This document shows positions 36,991 through 47,738 of a DNA stretch of 64,000 nt, in pieces (position 1 is the first letter of the stretch; every line of letters starts with the position of its first letter). The translations under genes and the position numbers were made by a program. Under the pieces are notes generated by a model. The model did no database searches and was not told the origin of the DNA. It saw only the letters and a program-made list of their open reading frames with translations. Where the stretch lies: contig CAWJGT010000034.1 in the NCBI GenBank assembly GCA_963842525.1, positions 96,001 to 160,000 on the forward strand, given 5' to 3'. Origin of the DNA: an uncultured Holophagales bacterium. Lineage in GTDB: Bacteria; Acidobacteriota; Thermoanaerobaculia; Multivoradales; UBA5704.

Positions 36991-39330
36991 TACCCGGCCC
37001 GCACCAGACCCCGCAGCTCCCGGCTGTCAGGGTACCGCCCCAGGGCATGGCGCAGGAGAGAGTCCGCCGAGGCCGTATCCTGGAGGAGCCGCAGGGTTTT
37101 GACCGCCTCGGCGTAAGCCGCCGGGCCGGGGCTCTTTTCCACCATGCGCTTCAGGGTCGGCCCCACCTCGGCGGGACGGCCGCTCAGGGCGTAGAGGATC
37201 GCGAGGCTGGACCACGCGCGGACGTTGTCGGGAAAGAGCCGGATCTCCTGTTGGAAGGCCGCTTCCGCGCCGCGGGCGTTCCCGGAATCCGCCAGGATCT
37301 TCCCCTGGATCAGCGCGAGCCCGCGGACCAGGTCCGGGTCCTTGGCCTCGCGCTGGTCGTAGGAGGCCGCGGCCCGGCGCGTCATCTCCAGCGCGCCGGC
37401 GTAGTCCTTCCGGGCGTGAAGCACCTCGGCCAGGGTGATCATCGGACCGATCCGCAGGCTCTTCTCCTCCAGGGCCAGCCGGGCCTCCCGTTCCGCCGTG
37501 CCGAGGTCGTTGCGCGAGAGGGCGATCTGGGCCAGCAGGCCGTGCGCGAAGGACGGATGGGTCGGTGCGGCCATCCGGGCGTGGGTGACCGCCTCGTCCA
37601 GGAGCCCCAGCTCGAAGAAGAGCGAGGCCGCGGACATGGCGACCTGCGGCGAGCCTCCGGAGACCTTCAGGGCCTGCCGGTATGCGTCCAGCGCTTCGCC
37701 GGTCCGTCCGAGCCTCTTCAAGGCGTTGGCGAGGAACTCCCACGCATCGGTCATCTGCGGGTTGGTGGCCAGCACCTTGCGGAAGGCCTCCACGGCCTCG
37801 CTGTATTCGCGCCGTGCGGTGTGCTGGAAGCCGACCTTCAGGTCGGCCAGGGTACCGATGCGGCTCTTCGGATCCGGGAGTGGCCCCTCCAGCGAGCTGC
37901 CGCCCCCGGCGCTGATGTAGCCGAGCGCGGCCATGGCCTGTTTGGTCTCCTCGTCGACCGCCGAGGGCGCTGACAGCCGGCGCTCGTAGCCGGAGAGGCT
38001 CGCGGCGCATCTCGGCGTAGACCCGGCGCTCGCCCCGCAGGAGGTTCTTCCGCTCTCCCGGGTCCTGGACGAGGTCGTAGAGCTCGGGCTCCGGCCCCTC
38101 GATGTAGTGCCAGCGCGCATCGACCAGCGAGGCCAGGTCGCTCCAACCGAAGTGCAGCCGCGGATAGAAGGTCTCGGAGTAGACCCGCCGCGGTGTTCCC
38201 GGGGGCGGGCTCGCGAGGAGCGAGGCCCCGGACAGGCCTTGCGGAGCAGGCAGGCCGAGCAGGGAAAGGACCGTCGGGACCACGTCGGTGAGGTGGACCG
38301 GGCCGGCAGCGGTCTCGCCGGCACGCTGCGACCCGGGCAGCTTGAGCAGGAGCGGCACGTGGATCGCCTCGCGATAGAGCAGGATGCCGTGCTCGTCCTC
38401 GCCGTGCTCGCCGAGCCCCTCGCCGTGGTCCGAGAGGAGGACGACGATCGCCCGGTCGTAGACGCCGAGGCGCTTCAGCTCGTCCAGCAGGTCGCCGACG
38501 ATCCGATCGGCCGCGGCCACCTCGCCGTCGTACTTCTGGGCATAGCGCGAGGCGAAGGGCTCCGGCGGCTGGTAGGGGGTGTGCGGCTCGTAGATGTGGA
38601 AGAAGAAGAAAAAGGGCTTCTCCGCCGCGGCGCGCAGCCAGTCGAGCGACAGCCGCAGGGTCTCGGTCCCCGGCCGCTGGAGGCCGCCGAGGCCGCGGCT
38701 GGTCTGGAACTCGATGCTGTCCTCGTAGAAATCGAAGCCGGTCCGCAACCCGTTCTGCCCCTGGAGCACATAGGCCGACACCGCGCCGCCCGTGGCATAC
38801 CCCTGCCCTTTCAGGATCTGCGGCAGGAACGGCAGCTCGCCCTTCTCGATCCGCGCGCGGTCGAGGTTGTAGCCGACGTTGTCGCGCACGCCGTGGTCGG
38901 CCGGCTGGAGGCCGGTCAGCAGGGACGAGTGGGCCGGGAACGTGAGCGGAGTCGGCGTATAGGCGTTCTGGAAAAGGACGGAGTCGCGCCGCAGGGCATC
39001 GATCGCCGGGGTCTCCACACCCTGGTAGCCATAGGCCGGCAGGTGGTCGGCACGCAGGGTGTCGATGGAGATGATGACGATGGGCGTGCCTTGCGGGATA
39101 TCGGGTGCGGCGCCGGACTTGGGGGAGCAGGCGGCGAGGAGGAGCAGGAAGAGGAAGGCGTAGCCGAGCCGAGGACCCTCACCCCCCGGCCCCCTCTCCC
39201 ATCCGCACTCCCTTCCACCGGGAGAGGGGGAGAAAAAACGAAGAAGCGGGTTCAGTCTGCCTTTGCTCCCCCTCTCCCGGGAGGCCGGGAGTGAGGATGG
39301 GAGAGGGGGCCGGGGGGTGAGGGTCCTCAC
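36990..39330 (-). CDS. Sulfatase-like hydrolase + TPR lipoprotein (frameshift near 38000; REP in-frame at the N-terminus)
   Basis: ISIDTLRADH, TFPAHSSLLTG, SDHGEGLGEHGE, MAALGYI; TPRs in ORF 36990-38324; GTG start overlapping the upstream TGA. Confidence 0.85.
39171..39328. repeat. REP-like family A variant doublet
   Basis: 34-bp IR GAGGACCCTCACCCCCCGGCCCCCTCTCCCATCC. Confidence 0.9.
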
Positions 39331-41372
39331 GACGGCAGCCTCCGCAGCACTCCGCGCGCCTTTTCGATGTCGCCCGCATACCGCGCCGGCGGCGCGCCGG
39401 CCACGAAGCGCTCCAGGGCTTGGCGGGCCTGCTTCGTCCGGCCGAGGCCGGCGGCCTTGAGGCCCAGGTTCCACAGCGCGTCCCAGAGGTCGGGTTTCAG
39501 GTCGACCGCCTGCTGCCAGGCGTCCAGGGCCGCCTCGGGCTGGCCGAGCTGGAAGAGGGCGACCCCCAGGTTGTTCCAGGCCAGGGGGAGCTGCCGTTGC
39601 AGCTCGACGGCCCGCCGCGAACGGTCGCGCGCCCGCTCCCAGTGGCCCAGCCGCAGCTCGACCAGACCGAGTTGCTCGTACGCCTTGGGATTTCCGGGAT
39701 CGGTCGCCAGGACCTTCTCCAGGAGGTCGTAGGCTTCCTGCTGCCGGCCGGCCTCCGAGAGGGCGAGCGCCAGCGCGTTCATCGACTGCGGCTCTCCCGT
39801 CCTGGCGAGCGGTTGCAGCACAGCGATCGCGTCGGCCGTGCGGCCAGCCTCGGTCAGGGTCAGCCCGAGCTGCCGCAGCAGAGAGTCGGAGGCGACGCCC
39901 CGTGCGCGGGCCTGCTGCATCACCTCCAGGGCCTCCGGGGTGCGGCCGTTTTCGAGGAGCGCCTGGGCCAGGAGGGAATGCCCCAGCGGCATCGACGGCC
40001 GGGCCTCGACCACCTCGCGGGCCAGGCGGACCGCATCGTCGAGCCGTCCCGTCGAATAGCGCTCGATGATCTGGTGGATCTTGAGGTCCAGCGCGATCAG
40101 CTTCTTGGGGTCATCCTCGGGGCCGTAACTCTTCTGGCCTGGAGCGGAGCTGGCAACGTAGCCGAGGCTGCGCAGCCGCGCCGTCTCTTCGGCACCGGCG
40201 GCCGTACGAGGCGGCGGCCAGACCGATTCCCGCGGCAGGTCCGCGAACGCCGCGCGGGCCAGGGCTCGGTCTTCGTCGACCCTGTTGCGGGCCTCTCCCG
40301 GATCGCGCTGCAGGTCGTAGACCTCGGGTAGCGGGAGCGCGATGAATTTCCGCCCGCCGCGCAGGAGACCGCGCAGCGGCGCCCAGCCGCGGTTCAGGGT
40401 CGTCGAGAGCGATTCGAAGTAGGTGTCGTCCGGATTTCCAGCAGGCCCCAGCAGCGACCTCCCCGGCTTACCTGCCAGCGCCGGGATTCCGGCCGCCTGG
40501 AGCACGGTCGGAAAGATGTCCACGTGCCGGGCCGGCCGCGTATCCCGTCCGGCGGACACGCCCGGCCCCCAGAGGACCAGCGGCACATGGAGCGTGGATT
40601 CGTAGGCGAAGAGGCCGTGGGTCAGCTCGCCGTGGTCTCCCAGCGACTCGCCGTGATCGGCCGTGACGACCACCAGGCAGCCCGGCTCCTTGCCGTCGAG
40701 CAGCGGCCCGAGGAGAGGGCTCAGGAACGAGTCGGTCGCGGCTACCTCGCCGAGATAGGGGTTGTCCGGAAAGCGCGAGGCGAAGGGCTCGGGCGGCACA
40801 TACGGAGCGTGCGGATCGAAGAGATGGACCCAGAGGAAGCGCGGCTTCCCCCGCTGCTGCCGCCACCAGCCGAGCGCGGCGGCCACCACCTCGTCGCCGC
40901 GCCGCTCGGGCAGCTCGAACTGCTCGGCGTCCGAGCCGCGGGTGGTGCGGTCGTCATAGACCTGGAACCCGCGGTCGAGGCCGTACTGGGAGTCCAGCGG
41001 GAAGGCGCCCACGTAGGCGGCGGTGGCATAGCCGGCCCCGCGCAGGACGGTCGCCAGCGTGGGCACGGTTGCCGGCAGGCGGAAGCCGCTGTTGTCCCGG
41101 ATCCCGTGCTGGTAGGGGTAGAGGCCGGTGAGGATGTTGGCATGCGATGGCAGGGTGACGACGTTGTGCGCGTGAGCATTCGGGAACACCCGGCCCCGCG
41201 CCGCCAAACGGTCCAGCACCGGCGTCGACGCCTTGGGATTGCCGGAGAACCCCACCGCATCGGCCCGCAGCGTGTCGATGGTGATCAGCAGTACGTCAGG
41301 CCGGCGAGGAGGCGCTGCGGCAAGGAGCGCCACTGCCAGTGCGGACAGCGCCGCGAGAACCAACTTCTTCAT
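39327..41372 (-). CDS. Sulfatase-like hydrolase + TPR, secreted
   Basis: ITIDTLRAD, TLPSHANILTG, HLFDPHAPY, DHGESLGDHGE, LRSLGYV; TPRs. Confidence 0.9.
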   Translation of the reverse strand: MKKLVLAALSALAVALLAAAPPRRPDVLLITIDTLRADAVGFSGNPKASTPVLDRLAARGRVFPNAHAHNVVTLPSHANILTGLYPYQHGIRDNSGFRLPATVPTLATVLRGAGYATAAYVGAFPLDSQYGLDRGFQVYDDRTTRGSDAEQFELPERRGDEVVAAALGWWRQQRGKPRFLWVHLFDPHAPYVPPEPFASRFPDNPYLGEVAATDSFLSPLLGPLLDGKEPGCLVVVTADHGESLGDHGELTHGLFAYESTLHVPLVLWGPGVSAGRDTRPARHVDIFPTVLQAAGIPALAGKPGRSLLGPAGNPDDTYFESLSTTLNRGWAPLRGLLRGGRKFIALPLPEVYDLQRDPGEARNRVDEDRALARAAFADLPRESVWPPPRTAAGAEETARLRSLGYVASSAPGQKSYGPEDDPKKLIALDLKIHQIIERYSTGRLDDAVRLAREVVEARPSMPLGHSLLAQALLENGRTPEALEVMQQARARGVASDSLLRQLGLTLTEAGRTADAIAVLQPLARTGEPQSMNALALALSEAGRQQEAYDLLEKVLATDPGNPKAYEQLGLVELRLGHWERARDRSRRAVELQRQLPLAWNNLGVALFQLGQPEAALDAWQQAVDLKPDLWDALWNLGLKAAGLGRTKQARQALERFVAGAPPARYAGDIEKARGVLRRLPS

Positions 41373-41400
41373 GCCGGGTGGATTGTAACCCCGGATTCAT

Positions 41401-41444
41401 CCCCCTCTCCCGCTGAGCGGGAGAGGGGGCAGGGGGAGAGGGCC
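41401..41444. repeat. REP-like family A short copy
   Basis: CCCCCTCTCCCGCTGAGCGGGAGAGGGGGCAGGGGGAGAGGG. Confidence 0.7.
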
Positions 41445-44394
41445 TTACCGGAACCGGAGCGTCGCTCCGACCCGGAAGACGCGCGGGCTGAGCGCCTCCA
41501 GCGGGAAATAGGTGATCGACTCGCTGCTCGGGTTCACCGGCTCCGTCGCGGTGTCGGCATCCCGCTGGCGCTGCAGGACGGTGTCCTCGTTGGCGAGGTT
41601 GAAGCCGTCCAGGCTCAGGGTCAGCGTCGTCGCGCCGAACGTGAAGTCCTTGTCGAGGTGGCCGTTCAGGACGATGACATCGTCGTGGCGGAACTCGTCG
41701 ATATTGCTGAGCTGAACGGTGCGCCGCGACCGGCTGATGGACGGGGGTGTGATGTAGCCTTCGCGTCCTTCGACGCTGCCGCCGAGGTTGAAGCCCCACG
41801 GCTTGTCGGGGGCGATCTGGTAGACGCCGTTCAGGTTGAACGACCACTTGCTGCTGATGATGACGTTGGACTTGTTGGCGCCTCCCGCGCCCTCGAAGAA
41901 CACTTCGTCGCTGTCCGGGAATCCGAGGTCATCCGTGATGGTGTCCGTCGGATCGTCATGGCGTTTGAACTCTGGGCCTAGCTTCCAGTCCCAATCGGCG
42001 TAGGTCACGTGTCCGCGCAACGACCAGCGGTTGGCCAGGCGTTTGTCGGCGCTGAGCGTGACGCCGCGGTATTCCAGCTCGCGATCTCCATTGGTGAAGA
42101 AGTTGCCCCCGGTGGGCGACAGCCCCTCGCGGAGCTCAAAGACGGTCACCTCCCGCGATTGGCGTCCGTTGGGGAGCGTCGCGCTGACCGTCCGTAGGGG
42201 CACCCAGTCGTCGCGCGTGGCCACACGCACCTGCCCGGTGGCCTCGTCGTTGATGAGCTGCCGGGCCTCCGGGATCTCGTGCGAGTTGCGGTAGGTCAGG
42301 GTCACGCCCACTGCGAGATTCGAGCGCAGCGCGTGCTCCATGCTGAAGGTCAGCTCGTCGGTGATCGTCGGCTCGAAGCTCGGGTCGTTCACGTTGGGCG
42401 AGACGAGCGACGCCGGATTGTCGACGTTGATGTTGTAGGCATAGTAGTACGAGAGCGAGCCGAATTCGTTCGGGTCGAGCAGCAGGTTGCGGTTGGCGTC
42501 GGTGAAATAGAAGTAGGCGTAGCCGTAGCCGACCGGATTGACCCGGTTGATCACGTACTGGCCGAGCTGCTCGGCGTACTGCGAGAACGTGCCGCGCAGC
42601 AGGGTCTTCCGCTCTTCGCCCAGCGCGTAGGTGGCGCCGATGCGCGGCACGACCGACTCCCACTCGAAACCGCCGGCGTCGTTGCCGCCGAAGCTGATCG
42701 GCGGCAGCAGGCCGGGAGCGCCCGGCTCGGCGCCCGGCACCGCGGGATTGCCGACGTCGGAGCTCGCCAGGTTTTCACCGGTCTGCTTGTCAAAGCGCAA
42801 TCCGGCGCTGATCGTCCAGCCGGTCGAGCGTCAAGGTGTCCTGGATCCAGGCCGAGTCGTAGGTGGTGAGCAGGCCCGCCGACCGGTTGCGGGGGAAGAT
42901 GACCAGCTCCTGGTCTTCGGGGAGCTCCGGATCGGTGAGGGCCACGGTGCGCTTGCCGCGCGGCCAGACGGTGCCCGAGTGGTTCTCCTGCTCGCGGAAG
43001 CCGGCGCCGAACTTCAGCTCGTTGTGGCTGCGGCCGGCGTCGAAGAAGTAGCTCGCGTCCACGCGCGCCTGGTCGATGATCGCATCCTGGGCGAAATCGA
43101 AGTTGCTGCCGCGCCGCACCCCCTGCTCGTCGGTGAAGACGTCCGCATCGAGGCCGCCCTGGGGGGCGAGCGTGAAGATGCCGTCGTCGCGGCTCCAGAG
43201 GGCGGTCACGAAGAAGCTCTGCGTCGGGATGAAGGTGCCCTCGACCTTGTAGATGTCCTGCGGCGTGGTCTGGTCGTGGGTCGACGCCGGGACGCGCGTC
43301 GGGCCGGCGCCGCGGCCGAATTTGAGCTTGTCGTTGGTCCAGTAGTGGAGCACGCCCGAGAACTTCGATCCGGCCTGAAAGTTCAGCTTGGTGTTCAGGT
43401 CCTCGAGCTTGGTCCTGTCGGTCTGCTGTTCGCCGCCGCCGAGGAGGCCGACGAGGTTGCGGATGTCGCTCTCGCCATAGGCGGCCCAGATCCACAGGTG
43501 GTCCTTCCAGAGGGGTCCGCCGACGTCGGCTCCGTACTCTTCCACCGTATCGATCTCGGGGCCGATGGTGAGCGGATCCTGCACCAGAACGGGCGGCTCG
43601 GACTGCGCGCTGCCGTCGGTGCGCAGGTACCGTGCCTGGCCCCGCCATTCGTTCGTGCCCCGCTTTGTCACCTGGTTGACCGTGACGCCGGCGGTCGCAA
43701 TCGTGACGTCGGTGCTCGAGACCGTGAGCTGCACCTCCTCGAAGGCGCCGAAGTCGAAGTACGTGGCCGAGCCGCCGACGGCGTTCATGTCGGTGAGGAC
43801 GACGCCGTCGACCGAGAAGACGTTCTCGGTGGAGGGCGCTCCCAGGCCGAGGAAGGTCGACTGCTGGCCGCTCTCGTTGCCGCCGATGTTGAAGCGGTCG
43901 ACCAACACGCCGGGGGCCTGGCTGAGCAGGGACCACGGATCGCGGGCGGTGGGGACCTTGTCCAGCTCCTCGGCCGGGACACTCGAGCCTCGGTTGACGC
44001 GCCGCTCGTCGAGCAGCGGGCTCTCGCCGGTGACGGTGATGACGTCCGTCACGGCGCCGGTGAGGGTCAGCTCGAGCGTCGGCTTGCCGCCGACCCGGAT
44101 GCCGATGTCCGGGTACTCGAGGGTGGAGAACCCCTGGAGCTCGGCGGTCAGCTTGTAGGTCCCGGGGTAGAGGGCAAGGAACCGGAACTCCCCCTCATCC
44201 TCGCTCACCTGCACCTGCGGAGCGCCGATTCCAGTCAGAGTGATCGTCACTCCGGGCAGGGGTTGCCCCTGCTCGTCCTGCACAGTTCCGTAGAGGTCGC
44301 CCGTCTGGAGCTGCGCGGAGGCCGGCGTGGCCAGCGGCAGCAGAAGAAGAGCGAGTGTAGCGAGGGTCCATCTCCAGCGTCTGACTCCAGTCAT
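41445..44394 (-). CDS. Oar/TonB-dependent receptor-like outer-membrane protein (frameshift near 42820)
   Basis: Signal peptide; GTVQDEQGQPLPGVTITL, PTARDPW, NQVTKRGTN, GGPLWKDHLW; C-terminal SPRVFRVGATLRF. Confidence 0.88.
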
Positions 44395-44492
44395 GCTGTT
44401 CGCCCCCTTGCAAGCGGAAGCCCCGCTTGCTTCAAAGAAGAGTTGCGCTAGATGATAGCACCGCTGCGAAAATTTATGGTTCCCTATGCGTC

Positions 44493-45293
44493 ATGAGGAG
44501 GCTCCTCTGGATCTGGCTGACCCTGCTCGGCGCCTTCCCGGTGGCGCGGACCGCGGTCGCGCTCGCCACCTCCGGCTGGGGCGGCTGGAGTGCCGAGGCC
44601 TGGCTCCAACTCGTCACCGTCCCCGCCTTCCAGTCCGTGGTGATCTGGTGGGTGACCCGCGGTCCCGGAGTGCGCTGGCGCGATGTCCTGCGGCCGATCG
44701 CCACGCCGTGGCTCGCCGCCTGGCTGGCGTGGGACGTCCTGATCGTCGTCCTCGGCTGGCTTCTGCCCGAGCATCCCTTCTTCACCCCCTACGGCGCGCT
44801 CACCCTGGGCGGCCTGCACAAGGCGCTCGCAGGGATCGCCGCCTGCCTGGTGGCGGCGGCCTGCGCCCGCAGGGAGGCCTTGGCCCGAGACAAGCTCTGG
44901 ACGGCCGCCTTCGCGGCCTGGCTGCCGCTCCTGGGGAGCGCCTTCCTCTTCGCCTGGCCGGACCTGCTCGCCACGCAGCTCGCGCCCCCGCTGACACCCC
45001 TGGTCGCGAAGATCGTGGTCTACGGCTTTCTCCTCTCCGCGTCGGTGGGCCTGGCTTTGCGGCTGGAAGCAGCCTGGCTGCCGCGGGCCCCGGTCGCGGT
45101 GCGGCTCCTTGAGGCCGCCGTGGGCCTCGCCCTGCTGGCCGCGGTCCTCGGAGCAGCGCACCTGGTGCTCCATCCCGAAGAGCCCTGGCCTCTCGCCGCC
45201 CGCGCCTGTGCCTTCTTCGCGATGACTACGGCGCTGTTGGCCTGCGTCAGTGCGTTCTGGGCGCTCCGGACCGAGAAGGAATTGGCCGTCTGA
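44493..45293 (+). CDS. Hypothetical multi-pass membrane protein
   Basis: Multiple hydrophobic helices. Confidence 0.65.
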   Translation: MRRLLWIWLTLLGAFPVARTAVALATSGWGGWSAEAWLQLVTVPAFQSVVIWWVTRGPGVRWRDVLRPIATPWLAAWLAWDVLIVVLGWLLPEHPFFTPYGALTLGGLHKALAGIAACLVAAACARREALARDKLWTAAFAAWLPLLGSAFLFAWPDLLATQLAPPLTPLVAKIVVYGFLLSASVGLALRLEAAWLPRAPVAVRLLEAAVGLALLAAVLGAAHLVLHPEEPWPLAARACAFFAMTTALLACVSAFWALRTEKELAV

Positions 45294-45417
45294 GGACAGG
45301 CCTGCCTCTGCATGGCTTTCTCGACGATACGGTCGCCCACGCCCCGCTGGTGCCCCCTTACCTGGCGGTAGGAAGCGAGATTGAGCTAGAATTCGCCTGG
45401 AGGAGGAACAGGTTCGA

Positions 45418-45702
45418 ATGACCCTCACGATCGACCTGTCGCCGGAGCTGCAAGAGCGCCTCAGCCGAGAAGCGGCCCAGCAGGGTATCCCCATCGAGAG
45501 CTACGCGCTCGAGCTCCTGGACAAGCACCTGCCGCCCGAGGATCGCCCCGCCGAGCTGATCTCGCTGCTCCAGTCCTGGATCGAGAAAGGAGATGCAGAG
45601 GAGCAGGGGGAGACCGGGGAGTATCTGGTCCGCGTCCTGGACGAAGACCGCCTCTCCGATCGCAAGCTGTTTCCCCCGGAGCTCAAAGGCGTGACCTGGT
45701 GA
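45418..45702 (+). CDS. RHH-type antitoxin-like protein; no intact downstream toxin
   Basis: MTLTIDLSPELQERLSREAAQQG..RKLFP; RBS GGAGGAGG. Confidence 0.7.
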   Translation: MTLTIDLSPELQERLSREAAQQGIPIESYALELLDKHLPPEDRPAELISLLQSWIEKGDAEEQGETGEYLVRVLDEDRLSDRKLFPPELKGVTW

Positions 45703-45808
45703 GTTTGCCCTGTTCTTGGCGGTAGCGCGCTTCACCGAGGCGATATACTTCTCCCTCTGGCGGTGCACCAACCTGCCTCCTTAGAGGCATGGCTCGCTAG
45801 GGGACGAC

Positions 45809-46045
45809 ATGGCAGCTCAAATAATTGGACGGCACATCGTAACCGACCCTGGTATCTGCCACGGCCAACCCACCTTCCGCGGCACGCGCGTCCTCGTCTC
45901 CGACGTGTTGGAGGAGATCGCTTCCGGTATGGCCTGGGAGACCGTGATCCAGGAATGGCACGGGAGCATCACCAAAGAGGCCATTGCCGAGGCACTGCAA
46001 CTGGCCACCTTCGATTGCGGCTGCCCCGAAGGGGCAAAGGCGTAA
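45809..46045 (+). CDS. DUF433 protein (antitoxin-like); C-terminus runs into the REP
   Basis: IVTDPGICHGQPTFRGTRVLVSDVLE..G. Confidence 0.85.
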   Translation: MAAQIIGRHIVTDPGICHGQPTFRGTRVLVSDVLEEIASGMAWETVIQEWHGSITKEAIAEALQLATFDCGCPEGAKA

Positions 46046-46217
46046 AGCCTGGCGCTTCAGCGCCAGTCAGCGTTCCCCCAACCCTCCAAGCCCCGAAGGG
46101 GCGACGGCATAGGCGAGGGGCGCGAGCCCCGCTGCGGGCGGATGGTAGAGAATGCCTACGCCCCTTCAGGGCTCCAGGTAATTGGGGGGCGCCAACCTGG
46201 CGCTGAAGCGCCAGGCT
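46023..46217. repeat. REP-like family D cluster, completed at 47824-47846 beyond the IS110
   Basis: GCCCCGAAGGGGC..TAAAGCCTGGCGCTTCAGCGCCAG ... CTGGCGCTGAAGCGCCAGGCT|TTATGCCCCAGCCCCTTCGGGGC. Confidence 0.85.
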
Positions 46218-46239
46218 TCTATGTGGGCCCCCGTTGTCA

Positions 46240-46598
46240 AGCGTTTCGGGTAAGTGGGTCTGCGTTTCGTCTCCTTCCTGAATGCCGCCTGAGGTTTGTT
46301 GCCCGGAGAGCTCCCCCGGCAGCAAGGTGCTGTTTCTCCTACCTCAAATGCGATCCCGTCTGGGGCTTGCCGATTGCGCCAGGAACCGTAGTCCCCGTCA
46401 AGCTTCTATCCGTGCTGACCTCCCTCAATTTCTTGGAGAGGGCACCAAATGCAGCATGCGCTGCGAGCGACTCGGGCAAGCAAACGGAGCGGCCCCATCT
46501 TTAATGGCGGCTCGAAACCGAACCCAGCCTGGCGCCGGGCACGCTCCTCCCAGCCTGAAATCTCCTATTTTGCGGTCACACTTTCTGCCTCTTGATCC
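46240..46598 (-). ncRNA. Putative bridge RNA/seekRNA region of the IS110
   Basis: Target-matching segments at 46526-46535 and 46499-46503; donor-matching segments at 46447-46452 and 46403-46409; transcript ends unknown. Confidence 0.7.
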
Positions 46599-47738
46599 TT
46601 ACCTGGCCTTCAGCTCAGCGCCATCAGGAATGATCCCTTGGTCCAAGTAGCGCCACAGCGCGGTCAGAAGCTTGCGCGCCAGGGCCACGATCCCTACCCG
46701 TCGCGAGCGCCGGTTCCCAGGGCCATAGCGCCCCTGGAACCATAAGCTCAAGCGGCTCTGCGGCTGGAACCGCAACCACGCCCAGGCGATCTCGATCGAC
46801 ATCGTACGCACCCGCACATTGCCGGACTTACTGATCCCCTGCTCGTGGTCCACCGTCGTGCCGCTCTTGTAGGGCATCGGCGTCAACCCAGCCAAGCTGC
46901 CTACCTCACGGCGATTCCGGAACTGCCGCCAGCCAAAAAATTCCAGGACGAACAACCAGGCGCTGTTGTCGCCGATGGCCTTGAGCTTTTTCAGCCGCTG
47001 CACCATCCCGCCCTCTCTGGACGCGGCTTCGGCCCGCTGCCGAGTTTGCTCCAACTCCTTGATCTGACTCTCCAGAAGCTCCAGCCGCTCGACTTCCCGA
47101 CGCAGACGCTCCCGCAAGACTGGCAGCAGCGGCTCGCCGTTCCACTGCCGCAACTGCTCCAACTGCTGCGCAAACCCCTTGCCTACCTTCACCCGGATTC
47201 CAAGGCTCACCAGCAAGGACTTGATCCGATTGGTGTGGGCCGTCCGCTCCTGCTTCAGGCCCTCCAACTCTCGACCCAGGTGGCGCACATCCTCCTGCTC
47301 CGGCGTCGGCGCATGCGCCACACCGAACACTTTTCTTTCACCTGCCGCGTAGCGGATCAGCAGCGACAGCAACTTCTCAGCGTCAACCCGGTCCGTCTTC
47401 GCCCGCCGAGCCCGACGATTCACCTCGATGCTCGAGGAGTCCACCACAACGTTCTCCACACCCTCCAGCAGCAAGAACCGGTGAAGCCAGAATCCATCCC
47501 GGCCTGCCTCGTAGCAACTCACGACAGGAGTTGTTTCCGGTAAACCGAAACGGTGTTTGGCGCGTCCGATCTCCAACATCAGCCCGTTGAGATCCCCGGC
47601 CGCCACCGAGCGCAGCCGAGGTTTCGGGCCAGCCTCCGCAGCAAAAGCCAACTTCCACTCGCTACCGCCCAGCTCCAATGCCACGTGCAATGCTCTCTCC
47701 GTTCGCGTAAACTCTGCCTTCTGGGCTGTCTGGTTCAT
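46599..47738 (-). CDS. IS110 family DEDD recombinase/transposase
   Basis: VALELG, CYEAG, AKTDRVDA, GLTPMPYKSG, GISKSGN, VALARKL. Confidence 0.93.
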   Translation of the reverse strand: MNQTAQKAEFTRTERALHVALELGGSEWKLAFAAEAGPKPRLRSVAAGDLNGLMLEIGRAKHRFGLPETTPVVSCYEAGRDGFWLHRFLLLEGVENVVVDSSSIEVNRRARRAKTDRVDAEKLLSLLIRYAAGERKVFGVAHAPTPEQEDVRHLGRELEGLKQERTAHTNRIKSLLVSLGIRVKVGKGFAQQLEQLRQWNGEPLLPVLRERLRREVERLELLESQIKELEQTRQRAEAASREGGMVQRLKKLKAIGDNSAWLFVLEFFGWRQFRNRREVGSLAGLTPMPYKSGTTVDHEQGISKSGNVRVRTMSIEIAWAWLRFQPQSRLSLWFQGRYGPGNRRSRRVGIVALARKLLTALWRYLDQGIIPDGAELKAR

